Shown here: piece by piece, positions 18,362 to 27,835 of the stretch
Numbering within the stretch: the stretch's first letter is position 1
Layout of the letters: every line of letters starts with the position of its first letter
Origin: a virus
Taxonomy: Duplodnaviria > Caudoviricetes
Direction: 5' to 3' (one strand)
DNA: 54,043 bases
IMG/VR virus record: IMGVR_UViG_3300046836_000171
Span: 1-54,043 of that record
The notes under the pieces: model-generated
Seen by the model: the letters and a program-made list of their open reading frames with translations, nothing else
Told to the model about the DNA's origin: nothing
Database searches by the model: none
Position numbers and translations under genes: made by a program

Positions 18362-19783
18362 ATGACCACGAACGTCCCCGTCCCGGCCTTCGGCCCTATC
18401 GGCTTCGTCTCGCCGGCCGAGTCCGCGATCCTCGCCGGCGTGCTGGCCGACCTTCAGGCGGCGTTCGGCGGCAACCTGAACCCGAACCTTGAGACGCCCC
18501 AGGGGCAGATCGCCAGCTCGCTGACCGCGATCATCGGCGACTTCTACGGGCTCTTCACGTTCTACACCCAGCAGGTTGACCCGGCCTTCGCCAGCGGCCG
18601 GATGCAGGACGCCATCGCGCGCATCTACTTCCTGACGCGCAAGCCCGCCCAGGCGACGGTTGTCCAGGCGCTATGCACCGGGCTGGCGAACACCCCGATC
18701 CCCACCGGCTCGATCGCCAAGGCGAGCGACGGGAACCTCTACGAATGCACGACCGGCGGGGTGATCCCGCTTGGCGGCTCGATCACGCTCCCGTTCGCCT
18801 GCGTCACCGCCGGCCCGATCCCCTGCCCGGCCAACAGCCTGACCGTGATCTATCAGGCGATTCCCGGCTGGGACACGATCAACAATCCCTCAGACGGGGT
18901 GATCGGCGAGAACATCGAGACCCGCGAGGATTTCGAGTTTCGCCGCGAGGCGTCGGTGGCGGCGAACTCAGTGGGCGCGATGGGCGCGGTGATCGGCGCG
19001 GTGGCGGCGGTCGCCGGCGTGCTGGACTTCTTCGGCTACAACAATGGGACCGGCTCGCCGGTGACGATCGGCGCGGTGACGATCCCGGCCCATACGATCT
19101 TCGTGTGCGTCGAGGGCGGCGCGCAGATCGATATCGCGCAGGCGATCTTGTCGAAGAAGGCTCCAGGCTGCGGGACCTACGGCAATACGGCCGTCACCGC
19201 CTATGACAGCAACCCGCTCTATTCGGCCCCGATCCCCTACACGATCAACTTCGAAGTCCCGACGCCGACGCCGATCCTCTTCGCCGTCACGCTGGCGAAC
19301 AACATCAACGTGCCTGCCGACGCGCAGCAGCTCGTAGCCGGCGCGATCCTGAACGCCTTCTCAGGGTCGGACGGCGGCCCGCGGGCGCGGATCGGCTCGA
19401 CCCTCTTCGCCAGCCGCTATTACACCGGCATTGCGGCGCTAGGCTCGTGGGTCAACATCGTCTCGATCCTGATCGGCGCGCCGACCTCGCCGGGCGCCAG
19501 CTTCACCGCCTCGATCGCCTCGACGGTGATGACCGTCACCGCGGTGGCGTCGGGGACGCTGGCGGTGGGGCAGACCGTCGTCGGGGCCGGGGTCTCGCCA
19601 GGGACCATCATAGCCTCGCTCGGGACCGGGAGCGGCGGCACCGGGACCTACAACCTCAACCTTCCCCAGACGGTTTCCAGCGAGGCGATGACCAGTATCC
19701 TGCCGGCGCTCAACTCGCTCACGCTGGGGATCGATCAGGTTCCGACGATCAACGTCGCCGACGTGTCGCTAGCGCTCGTCTGA
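18362..19783 (+). CDS. Baseplate J-like wedge protein
   Basis: [38 protein letters not shown] and E.R..FE.RR motifs. Confidence 0.9.
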   Translation: MTTNVPVPAFGPIGFVSPAESAILAGVLADLQAAFGGNLNPNLETPQGQIASSLTAIIGDFYGLFTFYTQQVDPAFASGRMQDAIARIYFLTRKPAQATVVQALCTGLANTPIPTGSIAKASDGNLYECTTGGVIPLGGSITLPFACVTAGPIPCPANSLTVIYQAIPGWDTINNPSDGVIGENIETREDFEFRREASVAANSVGAMGAVIGAVAAVAGVLDFFGYNNGTGSPVTIGAVTIPAHTIFVCVEGGAQIDIAQAILSKKAPGCGTYGNTAVTAYDSNPLYSAPIPYTINFEVPTPTPILFAVTLANNINVPADAQQLVAGAILNAFSGSDGGPRARIGSTLFASRYYTGIAALGSWVNIVSILIGAPTSPGASFTASIASTVMTVTAVASGTLAVGQTVVGAGVSPGTIIASLGTGSGGTGTYNLNLPQTVSSEAMTSILPALNSLTLGIDQVPTINVADVSLALV

Positions 19784-19831
19784 CAGCTTCGCTACAGTCG
19801 CCGCGCCGCGGAGCGGCCAGGGGAGTCGCGC

Positions 19832-20287
19832 ATGGCCGTACAAGGCCCCTTCACGATCTTCGACGCCGCCAAGCTCAAGGTGCTGAACGGCAGCGGGACG
19901 CCGATCAATCTCCCGGCCGACACCTTCAAGGCGGTTCTCTGCACGTCGGCCCAGGCGCTTGCGCCGAGCTTCACCGGCGGTTCGGGCGCCGCCCGCTACG
20001 CCGACCTGACCGCCGAGCTGCCGACCGCGAACGGCTACACCGTGGGCGGGATCACGCTCACGTCGGTGACGCTCACGCAGACCGGCCCCGTCGTCACCTG
20101 GGACGCCGATGACCTGACGTGGACGCTGAGCGGGCCGATCACGTTCAAGTATCTGGTGATCTACGACAATACGCTGGGGACCAAAGACCTTGTGGCCTTC
20201 TGCGACTTCGACACGTCCGGCGGCTCCGTGACCGCGCTCGCCGGCCCGCTGGTGGTCACGGTGAACGGCATCGAGACGTTGCAATAA
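19832..20287 (+). CDS. Tail fibre-associated virion protein
   Basis: DTFK..L, EL.T.NGYT.GG.TL, WDADD.TW and LV.F.DF motifs. Confidence 0.7.
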   Translation: MAVQGPFTIFDAAKLKVLNGSGTPINLPADTFKAVLCTSAQALAPSFTGGSGAARYADLTAELPTANGYTVGGITLTSVTLTQTGPVVTWDADDLTWTLSGPITFKYLVIYDNTLGTKDLVAFCDFDTSGGSVTALAGPLVVTVNGIETLQ

Positions 20288-20288
20288 G

Positions 20289-21839
20289 ATGGCTTGGGAC
20301 TCGGAGTTCACCGAAGGGTTCGACAAGTACGGTCAGCCGGGCAACGGCACCCTCAACGCGCTCTTGCTCGGCGGCGAGTGGACGTCGATCGGCGGCGTCA
20401 ACGTCTCGACGGTCTACAATCTGTCGCTGGTGGCCGGACTTTCTGGCGGGCAGGCGCTCAAGCTCACCAGCACCAATTTCGGCGCAATAGCCTACGGCCC
20501 GAACAAGACGCTCGGCGCGAACTACGCGCAGCACATCGGCGGGCGGTGGTTCAAAGCGGACCTTCTCAGCACCTATGTGCTGTGTTCGTTTCAGGACTCG
20601 CTGACGTCGCAATGCTGCATCACCGTCGAGACCACCGGCAAGTTGGGTCTGCGTTCGGGCGGCCCCACCGGGACGCTGCTGGCGTCGTCGTCGCTATCGG
20701 TCTCGGCGAACTCGGTGCATTGCGCCGAGTGGTCGGTGACGATCAATCACACGACCGGCGCGGCCACGGTCTATCTGGACGGCGCGGCGTCGGGGCTGAC
20801 CTTCTCGGGGAACACCCGCGGCGGGACCGCCAATGACTACTACAACGGCATTTCCTACGGCATGTTCAACAGCAGCACCGGATCGGTGCTGACGGTCGAT
20901 AACGAATACGATCGCTTCTATCTGGTGGCGGGCGCCGACACGCCGGCGCTCGACTGCCCGCGCGTCGAGACGCAGTTCCCGGTCAGCGATGCGTCGGTGC
21001 AGTTCACGCCGGGGGCCGGGGTGCTGGGGGCCGACTACAGCATCACCGCGAACACCAACGCGCCGGGCGCAAACGAACTCTTCCTGCGGCAGTTCACGCC
21101 CCAGGTGAACGCGACGATCAACAGCGTCTCGATCCTGCCCGAAGCGACCAGCGCCGGCGCGAAGTTCAAGGCGGTGATCTATTCGGACAGCGCCGGCGCG
21201 CCCAACGCGCTGCTGTCCAGCGGGACCGAAGTGGTCGGCGCCACGTCGGGGACGGTGCTGACCGGCCCGCTGGTGACGCCCCAGGCGCTCACCGCCGGGA
21301 CGCCCTATTGGATCGGCTTCATCACCGACACGTCGGTGGCGCTGGCGCAAGTGGACACCACCACCACCGGATCGAAGGCGGCGAACACCTACGGCTCGGG
21401 CGCGCCTGGGACCGCGCCGGGGATGACCGGCCTTCAGCCGTCGTGGATCGTCTTCGGCAACTGCACCGGGCAGGCGCATAATTGGGCGCAGGTTGCGGCC
21501 GGCTTCAGCAACCCGCCGCTCGGCGATCCCAGCTACAATTCCGACAGCACCGTAGGCCACGCCGACCTCTTCAACTTCCCGGCGCTGACGTCCGCGCCGA
21601 CCACCGTCCACACCGTCGCCGTCAAGGCGTACATGGAGCGGTCGGACGCCGGCGCGCGGACGGTGAACCTTCAGACCCATTCCGGCAGCACCACGGGCAA
21701 CGGCAGTACGGCGGGGATCACGCCGGCGACCTCCTACGGCTTTCAGTCGAGCTACTTCGATCAGGACCCGAACGGCCCGGCCGCCTGGACGCCGACCGGC
21801 GTCAACGCCGCTACGAGCGGATATCAGATCGCCACCTAA
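20289..21839 (+). CDS. Putative receptor-binding / tail-associated protein
   Basis: EGFD.Y N-terminus, lectin-like beta-rich body, C-terminal DPN..AAWT...VNA...G. Confidence 0.7.
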   Translation: MAWDSEFTEGFDKYGQPGNGTLNALLLGGEWTSIGGVNVSTVYNLSLVAGLSGGQALKLTSTNFGAIAYGPNKTLGANYAQHIGGRWFKADLLSTYVLCSFQDSLTSQCCITVETTGKLGLRSGGPTGTLLASSSLSVSANSVHCAEWSVTINHTTGAATVYLDGAASGLTFSGNTRGGTANDYYNGISYGMFNSSTGSVLTVDNEYDRFYLVAGADTPALDCPRVETQFPVSDASVQFTPGAGVLGADYSITANTNAPGANELFLRQFTPQVNATINSVSILPEATSAGAKFKAVIYSDSAGAPNALLSSGTEVVGATSGTVLTGPLVTPQALTAGTPYWIGFITDTSVALAQVDTTTTGSKAANTYGSGAPGTAPGMTGLQPSWIVFGNCTGQAHNWAQVAAGFSNPPLGDPSYNSDSTVGHADLFNFPALTSAPTTVHTVAVKAYMERSDAGARTVNLQTHSGSTTGNGSTAGITPATSYGFQSSYFDQDPNGPAAWTPTGVNAATSGYQIAT

Positions 21840-21842
21840 GCC

Positions 21843-22814
21843 ATGACCGACGCTCGCATAAGCGGCGTCGCCCGCGAAGTTCTCGTCGCCGAGAATGCGC
21901 CGCTGCGCGTCAGCCAGCTCGCCCGCGAAGTGCTGGTCGCCGAGAACGCCCCCTTGCGCGTCTCGCGCCTCGCCCGCGAAGTGCTGTGGGGGCTTCTGCC
22001 GCCGCTGCGGGTCTCGGGGCTGGTGCGCGAAGTGCTGCTTTCGAGCGCGTGGGCGCCGGCGCACGGCTCGATGATCTGGGCCGGCGGGATGCCGGTGCTG
22101 GGCGCGTTCGCGCCGGCGGCCGGCTCGATGGTCTTCACCGGCGGGATGCCGGCAATCTCGCACCCGACGCGCTTCACCGTCCCGCCCGGCGCGCTGACCT
22201 TCATCGGCAAGATTCCGGTCCTGACCAATGACGCCGAAGCGCCGTTCGATTGGCGCGCGACCGTCATCAGCCAGTACCAAGCCAGCCCGATCATCCTTCA
22301 GATCGTGGCGAACATGGCCGCCACCATCGACCCGCGGCTCAACTTCGACGCCTTCTTCAATCTGATCTGGAACGTGCAGACCGCGCAGGGGATCGGGCTC
22401 GATATCTGGGGCCGGATTGTGGGATGCAGCCGCATCATCGAGGTCCCCAGCGCCGGCGCGTTCCTGGGCTTCGAAGAGGCAGGCGATCCGACCGCGCGCA
22501 CGCCCTGGAACCAAGCGCCGTGGTTCTCGGGCGCCACGGCGTCGAGCTCGTTCCCGCTGACCGATGACGCCTTCCGGCTGCTGATCTACGCGAAGGCGCT
22601 GGCGAACATCACGGACGGCTCGATCCCCGGCCTCAACGCCATCCTGTTGACCCTCTTCCCCGGCCGGGGTGACGCCTTCGTCACGGACGGCGGCGACATG
22701 ACCATGACCTACGAGTTCGAGTTTCCGCTCACGCCGGTGGAGCTGGCTATCGTAAGCTCGGCCGGTATCCTCCCGACGCCGACCGGCGTCTCCGCAACGG
22801 TGGTTCAAAGCTGA
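21843..22814 (+). CDS. DUF2612-like baseplate wedge protein with a repetitive N-terminal extension
   Basis: TVISQY..SP, WN..TA.G.GLDIWGRIVG, L.DD.FR.LI..KA..NI and LP.P.GV motifs. Confidence 0.88.
   Translation: MTDARISGVAREVLVAENAPLRVSQLAREVLVAENAPLRVSRLAREVLWGLLPPLRVSGLVREVLLSSAWAPAHGSMIWAGGMPVLGAFAPAAGSMVFTGGMPAISHPTRFTVPPGALTFIGKIPVLTNDAEAPFDWRATVISQYQASPIILQIVANMAATIDPRLNFDAFFNLIWNVQTAQGIGLDIWGRIVGCSRIIEVPSAGAFLGFEEAGDPTARTPWNQAPWFSGATASSSFPLTDDAFRLLIYAKALANITDGSIPGLNAILLTLFPGRGDAFVTDGGDMTMTYEFEFPLTPVELAIVSSAGILPTPTGVSATVVQS
21856..22040 (+). repeat. Four imperfect 51-bp (17-aa) tandem repeats
   Basis: RISGVAREVLVAENAPL / RVSQLAREVLVAENAPL / RVSRLAREVLWGLLPPL / RVSGLVREVLL. Confidence 0.9.
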
Positions 22815-23719
22815 TGCTGGCGAGCGCCATCCCAACGAAGTTCCCGATCCCCTGGGGCAACAGCGCGGGGGGCAGCTTCATCCGGCCGATCCCGGTCGCT
22901 TCGCAGATCGGGATTCAGCCCGGCGCGGCCTCGCTGACCGATGGCTTCCCGCCGCTCAACTTCCTGCCGGACGGCTCGGGCGGCATCCCGTCCTTCGGTC
23001 AGGACGAAAACGGCATCCTCAAGCAGATCACCCAATGGTGTCAGTGGGTCGGTGCGGGCGGCCCGATCGCCTATGACCCGACCTTCTCGGCGGCGATCGG
23101 CGGCTATCCGAAGGGCGCGCTGCTGGCGGACTCGACCACGCTGGGCGGCTTCTGGGTCTCGACGGTGGACAACAATACGTCGGACCCCGACACCGGCGGC
23201 GCGAATTGGCTGGCGGTGGGTCTGTCTCAGATGCTCGCCGGCGACGTCTCGGGGCCGCTCGGCGCGACCGTGCTTGGGAACGGCAAGGTCACGACGGCGA
23301 AGATCGCCAACAGCGCGGTGACGAACACCCTGCTGGCGAACATGCCATCGGCGACGATCAAGGCGAACATCACCGGCGGCCCGGCGCCGCCGACCGACGC
23401 CACGGTCAGCCAAATCCTCTCGATGCTGAACATCGGCATGGGCGGGTCGAAGGCGACGCCGGGCTACATGCTGGTCCCCGGCGGGTGGATTCTCCAGTGG
23501 ACGACCTTCAGCCTGGGCGCGGGGACCGGCTCGACGGTCAACGTGACGTGGCCGATCACCTTCCCCACCGCGGTGCTTCCCCAGGGCTTCATTCTGGTGG
23601 ATCACGCGGCCGACCAGCAGATCGGGACCAACAGCGTCACCACGACGGGCGCCCAGGTTCAGAAGGGCAACATGGACTTCACCGCGCGCTCTGGTCTCGT
23701 GGCCGCGCTCGGCTGGTAG
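22814..23719 (+). CDS. Tail fibre protein (gp53-like C-terminus)
   Basis: AS.TDGFPPL, GG.P..GQD.NGIL, AIGGYPKGA and GY..VPGG.ILQW...WPI.FP...ALGW motifs. Confidence 0.88.
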   Translation: MLASAIPTKFPIPWGNSAGGSFIRPIPVASQIGIQPGAASLTDGFPPLNFLPDGSGGIPSFGQDENGILKQITQWCQWVGAGGPIAYDPTFSAAIGGYPKGALLADSTTLGGFWVSTVDNNTSDPDTGGANWLAVGLSQMLAGDVSGPLGATVLGNGKVTTAKIANSAVTNTLLANMPSATIKANITGGPAPPTDATVSQILSMLNIGMGGSKATPGYMLVPGGWILQWTTFSLGAGTGSTVNVTWPITFPTAVLPQGFILVDHAADQQIGTNSVTTTGAQVQKGNMDFTARSGLVAALGW

Positions 23720-23730
23720 GGAGGCGAGGA

Positions 23731-24129
23731 ATGTTCTACTGGAGCCCTTCGACGGGCGGCTTCTATCACCCCGACGTCCACGGGCCGAAGCTCGCCCCGG
23801 TGGCGCTGAAGCGCGGGCTCTTCCGCAAGCCACTGACGACGGCTCGGCAGGTTGCGCCCGGCTCGATCCCGCCGGACGTGATCGAGGTCAGCGACGAAGA
23901 ACATGCGGCGCTGCTGAAGGGGCGCGGCGAGGGGCGGATGATCGTGCTGGTGGACGGGCGCGCGGCGCTGGCCGAGCCCGAACCGGCGGCGGCCGAGACG
24001 CAGCCCCGCTACGCCCCGCCGGGCGAGCTGTTCGCCATGCTCTACCGCGACCTGAAGGCGGCCGGGATCGATGGCGAGTTCGTGAAGCACGTCGAGGCGG
24101 CCCGCGCTGCTATGACGCGCGACGAATGA
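23731..24129 (+). CDS. Tail fibre assembly chaperone-like protein
   Basis: MFYWSPSTGGFY..DVHG...IP.D..EVS.EE..ALL.G...G..I motif; AGGA RBS. Confidence 0.8.
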   Translation: MFYWSPSTGGFYHPDVHGPKLAPVALKRGLFRKPLTTARQVAPGSIPPDVIEVSDEEHAALLKGRGEGRMIVLVDGRAALAEPEPAAAETQPRYAPPGELFAMLYRDLKAAGIDGEFVKHVEAARAAMTRDE

Positions 24130-24180
24130 CGCCACTGTCACATTGGGGCGGAATCGTGCAAACCGGGACTCGCGTCTGCG

Positions 24181-24507
24181 TTGACGACCTGGGGGGGGAG
24201 CATCACGTTGCCGATTTGGGCGCAAGCTATCATTGCGGCGTTCGGCGCGCTTCCGGGGATCGGGGCGGCGATCGGCGCGTTCTTCTGGTTCGGGCGACTC
24301 AGCGCGAGGCTCGACGCCGTGGAACATGAACTCACCGACCTGAAGGATATCGGCCGCGAGGTCGCGACCATCGCCGAGCGGACCAAGAACACGGCCGACA
24401 CCGTGAACGGGATCGGGACCGACGTGCGCGCCGTAACCCGCCACCTTCTCGATGAGGGGCGGGTCTTCGCCCGCCAGCTCGTGCGCGATCACCAGGGCGC
24501 AAACTAG
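24181..24507 (+). CDS. Membrane protein with coiled coil (holin/antiholin-like)
   Basis: N-terminal hydrophobic helix followed by a coiled coil; first gene of the lysis cassette; start uncertain. Confidence 0.55.
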   Translation: MTTWGGSITLPIWAQAIIAAFGALPGIGAAIGAFFWFGRLSARLDAVEHELTDLKDIGREVATIAERTKNTADTVNGIGTDVRAVTRHLLDEGRVFARQLVRDHQGAN

Positions 24508-24558
24508 ACGCGCGCAGCGCGAGAAGCTAAGGCGTGTCGTCACACGGGACGAATCGCC

Positions 24559-24927
24559 TTGCCCTGGACCTACCAGATTTCGACCGGCAAGCTGTGGCAC
24601 GACTCCACCTATGAGGGGTCCGGCTACTCTGGCCGCCGCTCGGGGCTGAACAACCCGGCGCTGACCGGCGTCGAGGGCGTCGGCCCGATCCCCGCCGGGG
24701 ATTGGACGATCCACGATCCGCTGAATCCGCCGGACCACCTGGGGCCGCTGGCGATGCCGCTCACGCCGATGGACGGGACCGATGCGCGCGGCCGGTCGGC
24801 CTTCTTCATTCACGGCGACAATTCCGAAGCGGACCACACCGCCAGCCACGGCTGCGTCATCTTGGGCCGCGCGTTTCGTCAGGCGATCATCGCCAGCCAA
24901 GACCGTTGGTTCAAGGTCATCGACTAG
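24559..24927 (+). CDS. DUF2778/Tlde1-family L,D-transpeptidase-like protein (putative endolysin)
   Basis: WTY..STG, GYSG...G.NNP, GPIP.G.W.I and GRS.F.IHGD......ASHGC.I motifs; TTG start. Confidence 0.82.
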   Translation: MPWTYQISTGKLWHDSTYEGSGYSGRRSGLNNPALTGVEGVGPIPAGDWTIHDPLNPPDHLGPLAMPLTPMDGTDARGRSAFFIHGDNSEADHTASHGCVILGRAFRQAIIASQDRWFKVID

Positions 24928-24935
24928 GGACACCC

Positions 24936-25361
24936 ATGCACCTTCTGCTGATCGCCGCCGTCGCCACCGCGACCGCCTCCATCGACCTGTCGCCCATTCT
25001 GGCCTTCCTGTTGCAGATCGCCGGGCTCGTGCTGACCGGGATCGTCGGGTGGCTGGGGACGCGCCTCGCCCTCTACTTCCACGTCTCGACGCAAAGCCAG
25101 CTCTTCGCGAACGTGCTGGGCGCCGTCGATCGCGGGATCGCCTTCGCCCAGCAGAACCTCGCCGCCAGGATCGCCAACGCCACCGGCGACAAGATCGCGC
25201 TCGGCAGCGCCGTCCAGGCGCAGGCGGTGAACTACGTCGTCAGCAAGCTTCCCGACACCCTGTCGAAGCTGGGGATCACGCCGGCGCACGTCGCCGATCT
25301 GGTGACTGCAAAGCTGGGCTCTGTCCCGGCCGCGCCGCCCCCGTCCGCGCCAGCCGGCTGA
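24936..25361 (+). CDS. Putative holin
   Basis: Hydrophobic N-terminal helices, then AV..GI.FA...AV.YV....PD.L.KLGI; lies in the lysis cassette. Confidence 0.65.
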   Translation: MHLLLIAAVATATASIDLSPILAFLLQIAGLVLTGIVGWLGTRLALYFHVSTQSQLFANVLGAVDRGIAFAQQNLAARIANATGDKIALGSAVQAQAVNYVVSKLPDTLSKLGITPAHVADLVTAKLGSVPAAPPPSAPAG

Positions 25362-25369
25362 CCGCCCCC

Positions 25370-25609
25370 GTGTGGGCCAGCCTCGCATCGTTCCTCGCGC
25401 CCGCGCTGAACACGCTCGTCTTGGCGCTGGCCGCCGGGCTCGGGCTGTGGATCAAGCAGAAGCAGGACCGCGCGGACGGCGCGGCCGCCGCCGCTGCAAC
25501 CGTGACCGCATCGAGCGCGTTGACGTTGGCGGCGGAAGCCCAGGCTGAAGCGGACGCGCCGAAGACGCTCGGCGGCGCGATCGATAGCCTGAAGAAGGGG
25601 GACTTCTGA
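25370..25609 (+). CDS. Putative inner-membrane spanin
   Basis: One TM helix plus an Ala-rich periplasmic part ending LKKGDF; TGATG coupling to a lipoprotein gene; start uncertain. Confidence 0.6.
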   Translation: MWASLASFLAPALNTLVLALAAGLGLWIKQKQDRADGAAAAAATVTASSALTLAAEAQAEADAPKTLGGAIDSLKKGDF

Positions 25610-25848
25610 TGCGCCGCGCGCTGATCCTCATCGCCGTCGCCCTCGCCGCCTGCCACACTACGGACGTGGCCGTGGCGAAGCGGTGCGTCCCGCTGAAGCC
25701 CTACACGCCGGCTGAACAAGCCGCGGTCGCCGACCAGCTCGACAAGCTCGCCCAGGCCGACCCGGCCTTCGTAGGCTCGCCGGTGGCCGGCATGATCACC
25801 GACTACAAGGCGATGCGCGACGCCGATCGCGCGTGCATCGCCCAATGA
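25609..25848 (+). CDS. Putative outer-membrane spanin lipoprotein
   Basis: MRRALILIAVA-LAAC lipobox; C.PLK.Y...Q...A and DY..MRD..RAC motifs. Confidence 0.75.
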   Translation: MRRALILIAVALAACHTTDVAVAKRCVPLKPYTPAEQAAVADQLDKLAQADPAFVGSPVAGMITDYKAMRDADRACIAQ

Positions 25849-25913
25849 CCCGGCGTCGCGGGAAAGGCTTCGTCCGCGCCGCTCTAGCAGCCGAAGCCGT
25901 AGGAATCCTGATC

Positions 25914-26372
25914 ATGTTCGATGCCCTGATCGCGCTGGCCCGCAAGCTGGCCGGGGACGATGAAGAGTTCGCCGGCGAGCTGGCGGCGCTGGAGCAAGCC
26001 GTCGCCGACGCGAAGACCCAGGAGGCGGCCGACCAGCAAACGCTGACCGACCTGAAGGCGAAGGTCGATGCGCTCGGCGCGCCGGTGGACACGTCCGGCT
26101 TCGCCAAACAGTCCGACGTTGACGCAATCAACGCGGGGCTCGCCGACCTGAACACGCAGATCGCCGCACTCGGCCAGCCGGCGGTGGCGACTCTCGTCCC
26201 CGGCCTAGCCCCAACGGCGCAGCCCGCCGCCACGGCCGACCAGATCAACGCGCCGCTGCCCGGCGGCGCGATCACCGCGACCAGCGGCCAGCCCGACACC
26301 ACGCAACCAGCCGCGCCGGCTGATGCGTCCGCCGCCGCAACCGGCGACGCATCGCAAGCCTCCACGTCCTAA
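25914..26372 (+). CDS. Hypothetical coiled-coil protein with a low-complexity tail
   Basis: AGGA RBS before the ATG; last gene before the terminator. Confidence 0.7.
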   Translation: MFDALIALARKLAGDDEEFAGELAALEQAVADAKTQEAADQQTLTDLKAKVDALGAPVDTSGFAKQSDVDAINAGLADLNTQIAALGQPAVATLVPGLAPTAQPAATADQINAPLPGGAITATSGQPDTTQPAAPADASAAATGDASQASTS

Positions 26373-26403
26373 CGGGCGCTGGACGCCCAGCAGTCGGCAA
26401 GGG

Positions 26404-26438
26404 AGCGCCGGCGGTCTCTGAGCCGCCGGCGCTTTTTT
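26404..26438 (+). terminator. Intrinsic terminator ending the late operon
   Basis: AGCGCCGGCGG-N8-CCGCCGGCGCT followed by a T run. Confidence 0.9.
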
Positions 26439-26460
26439 GCGCTCTGACCCACATTCCCTG

Positions 26461-26524
26461 TTGCAACGGGGGCTACGTTGCATCATAGTGATGGCGCGGG
26501 AAGGGAAGCCCGCGCGACGTAGGA
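26461..26524 (+). promoter_or_regulatory. Promoter/leader cassette A
   Basis: TTGCAA-N17-CATAGT; TGCAACG-N7-CGTTGCA inverted repeat; hairpin GCGCGGG-AAGGGAAG-CCCGCGC; GACGTAGGA RBS. Confidence 0.75.
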
Positions 26525-26532
26525 TCACCACC

Positions 26533-27306
26533 ATGGAACTCTTCAAGAGACACGGGAGCCCCGCGGCGGCCGCGGGCGTCGATGAGAAGGGCAAGCCCTT
26601 CGCGATCGAAATGATCCCTTGCTCCCGGTGTGGGGGCTCGGGATGGATCAACCACTATCGCCACGTCGAGGGCGGCATCTGTTTCAAGTGTGAGGGCCAG
26701 CCTTCGCGCCTGCTGGTCGCCGTGCGGGTCAGGCTCTACAGCGCCGAAGAGCTGGCGAAGCTGAACGCGATCGCCGCGAAGAAGGCGGCGAAGAAGGCCG
26801 AGAAGGCGGCCAAGGCCGCGGCCGAGAGGGCGGCGGCGGAAGCTGCGGCGCGGATCGCTCGGGCCGCCCAGGTCGCGGCCGATCCCTTCCATCAGCGGCT
26901 TCTGAGCTACGCCGGCGAAAACGAGTTCTTGGCGAACCTCGCCGAGAAGATGCGGATCGCCGATCTGAGCGAGCGGGCGATGGAGGCGGCCGAAGAGGCG
27001 ATGGCGCGGATCGATGAGAAGCGCAGGCTGGCGGCGGAAGCCGGGTGGGTCGGCGAGCTGGGCGAGCGGATCAAGTTCGAAGGCGTGGTCAAGTCAGTCA
27101 GGCTGATCCACCAAGCGGAAGGCTATTGGGACCGGGATCGGTGGCTGGTGGTGATCGAAATCTCCGGTGGCCTGCTGAAGTGGTTCGGCAACTCGCCTCC
27201 CGCCAGCGAGGGCGAGAGGGTCAAAGGCTCGGCCAAGATCGAGAAGCACGGCGAGTTCCAGGGCATCAAAGAGAACCTGATCAAGAACCCCCGGTGGGCG
27301 GCATGA
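26533..27306 (+). CDS. Zn-finger protein with a C-terminal OB-fold-like domain
   Basis: CSRCGGSG...GICFKCEG; C-terminal WVGELGERI...KWF...K.HGEF.G.K. Confidence 0.75.
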   Translation: MELFKRHGSPAAAAGVDEKGKPFAIEMIPCSRCGGSGWINHYRHVEGGICFKCEGQPSRLLVAVRVRLYSAEELAKLNAIAAKKAAKKAEKAAKAAAERAAAEAAARIARAAQVAADPFHQRLLSYAGENEFLANLAEKMRIADLSERAMEAAEEAMARIDEKRRLAAEAGWVGELGERIKFEGVVKSVRLIHQAEGYWDRDRWLVVIEISGGLLKWFGNSPPASEGERVKGSAKIEKHGEFQGIKENLIKNPRWAA

Positions 27307-27491
27307 GCCGCGCCCTGATCATCGGGCTGGTCATCGCCGGCCCCACCGCGCTGCTGCTGGCCGGGCTCGCTGACAGCATCGCCCACCGGCGCCCATGGCG
27401 CGCGGCCGGCTGCGTCGCCGGGCTCGCGCTTCTCTACATCGCGCTCCCGGCGCTCGCCGCCTGGGACGCCGCTCAACTTCGGAGGAATTGA
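27303..27491 (+). CDS. Small two-TM membrane protein
   Basis: ATGA overlap; two hydrophobic stretches. Confidence 0.6.
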   Translation: MSRALIIGLVIAGPTALLLAGLADSIAHRRPWRAAGCVAGLALLYIALPALAAWDAAQLRRN

Positions 27492-27835
27492 TGGCGACCA
27501 TCGTCGCACCGAACCGCATCTGCCCTGAGTGCGGCCAGCGCTTCAAAGCCCACCACGGGCGCCAGCGCTTCTGCGAGACCGCGCACAAGACCGCCTTCCA
27601 CGCCCGCAACCGGGACCGCGGCAAGGTCGCGATCCCGCTGGTGCAAATCTGGCGGCTCGGGAAGAACGGCAAGACCGCCGAACGCAGCTACGCCTTCAGC
27701 CAGCTCTGCGCGCTCACCGACCTTTGGAACGAAGAGGATCGCAACGCCGGTCGCCGGCCCGATCTGGTGGTGAAGGCGAAGATGCGCGCCGGCTGGATCG
27801 CGGCCGACGCGCCGGGCGGCGGGATGGCGTACTAG
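27491..27835 (+). CDS. Zn-ribbon hypothetical protein
   Basis: GGAGG RBS; CPECG..F.......RFC...H motif. Confidence 0.7.
   Translation: MATIVAPNRICPECGQRFKAHHGRQRFCETAHKTAFHARNRDRGKVAIPLVQIWRLGKNGKTAERSYAFSQLCALTDLWNEEDRNAGRRPDLVVKAKMRAGWIAADAPGGGMAY

Noticed and set aside
21856-22040. CRISPR-like array
   Set aside because: These are in-frame coding repeats without unique spacers, and there are no cas genes.
26494-26524. CsrA/RsmA sites as the explanation for the GGA-containing hairpin loops
   Set aside because: Not excluded, but most loops lack the ANGGA consensus and the probable host group mostly lacks CsrA; left as an unassigned motif.
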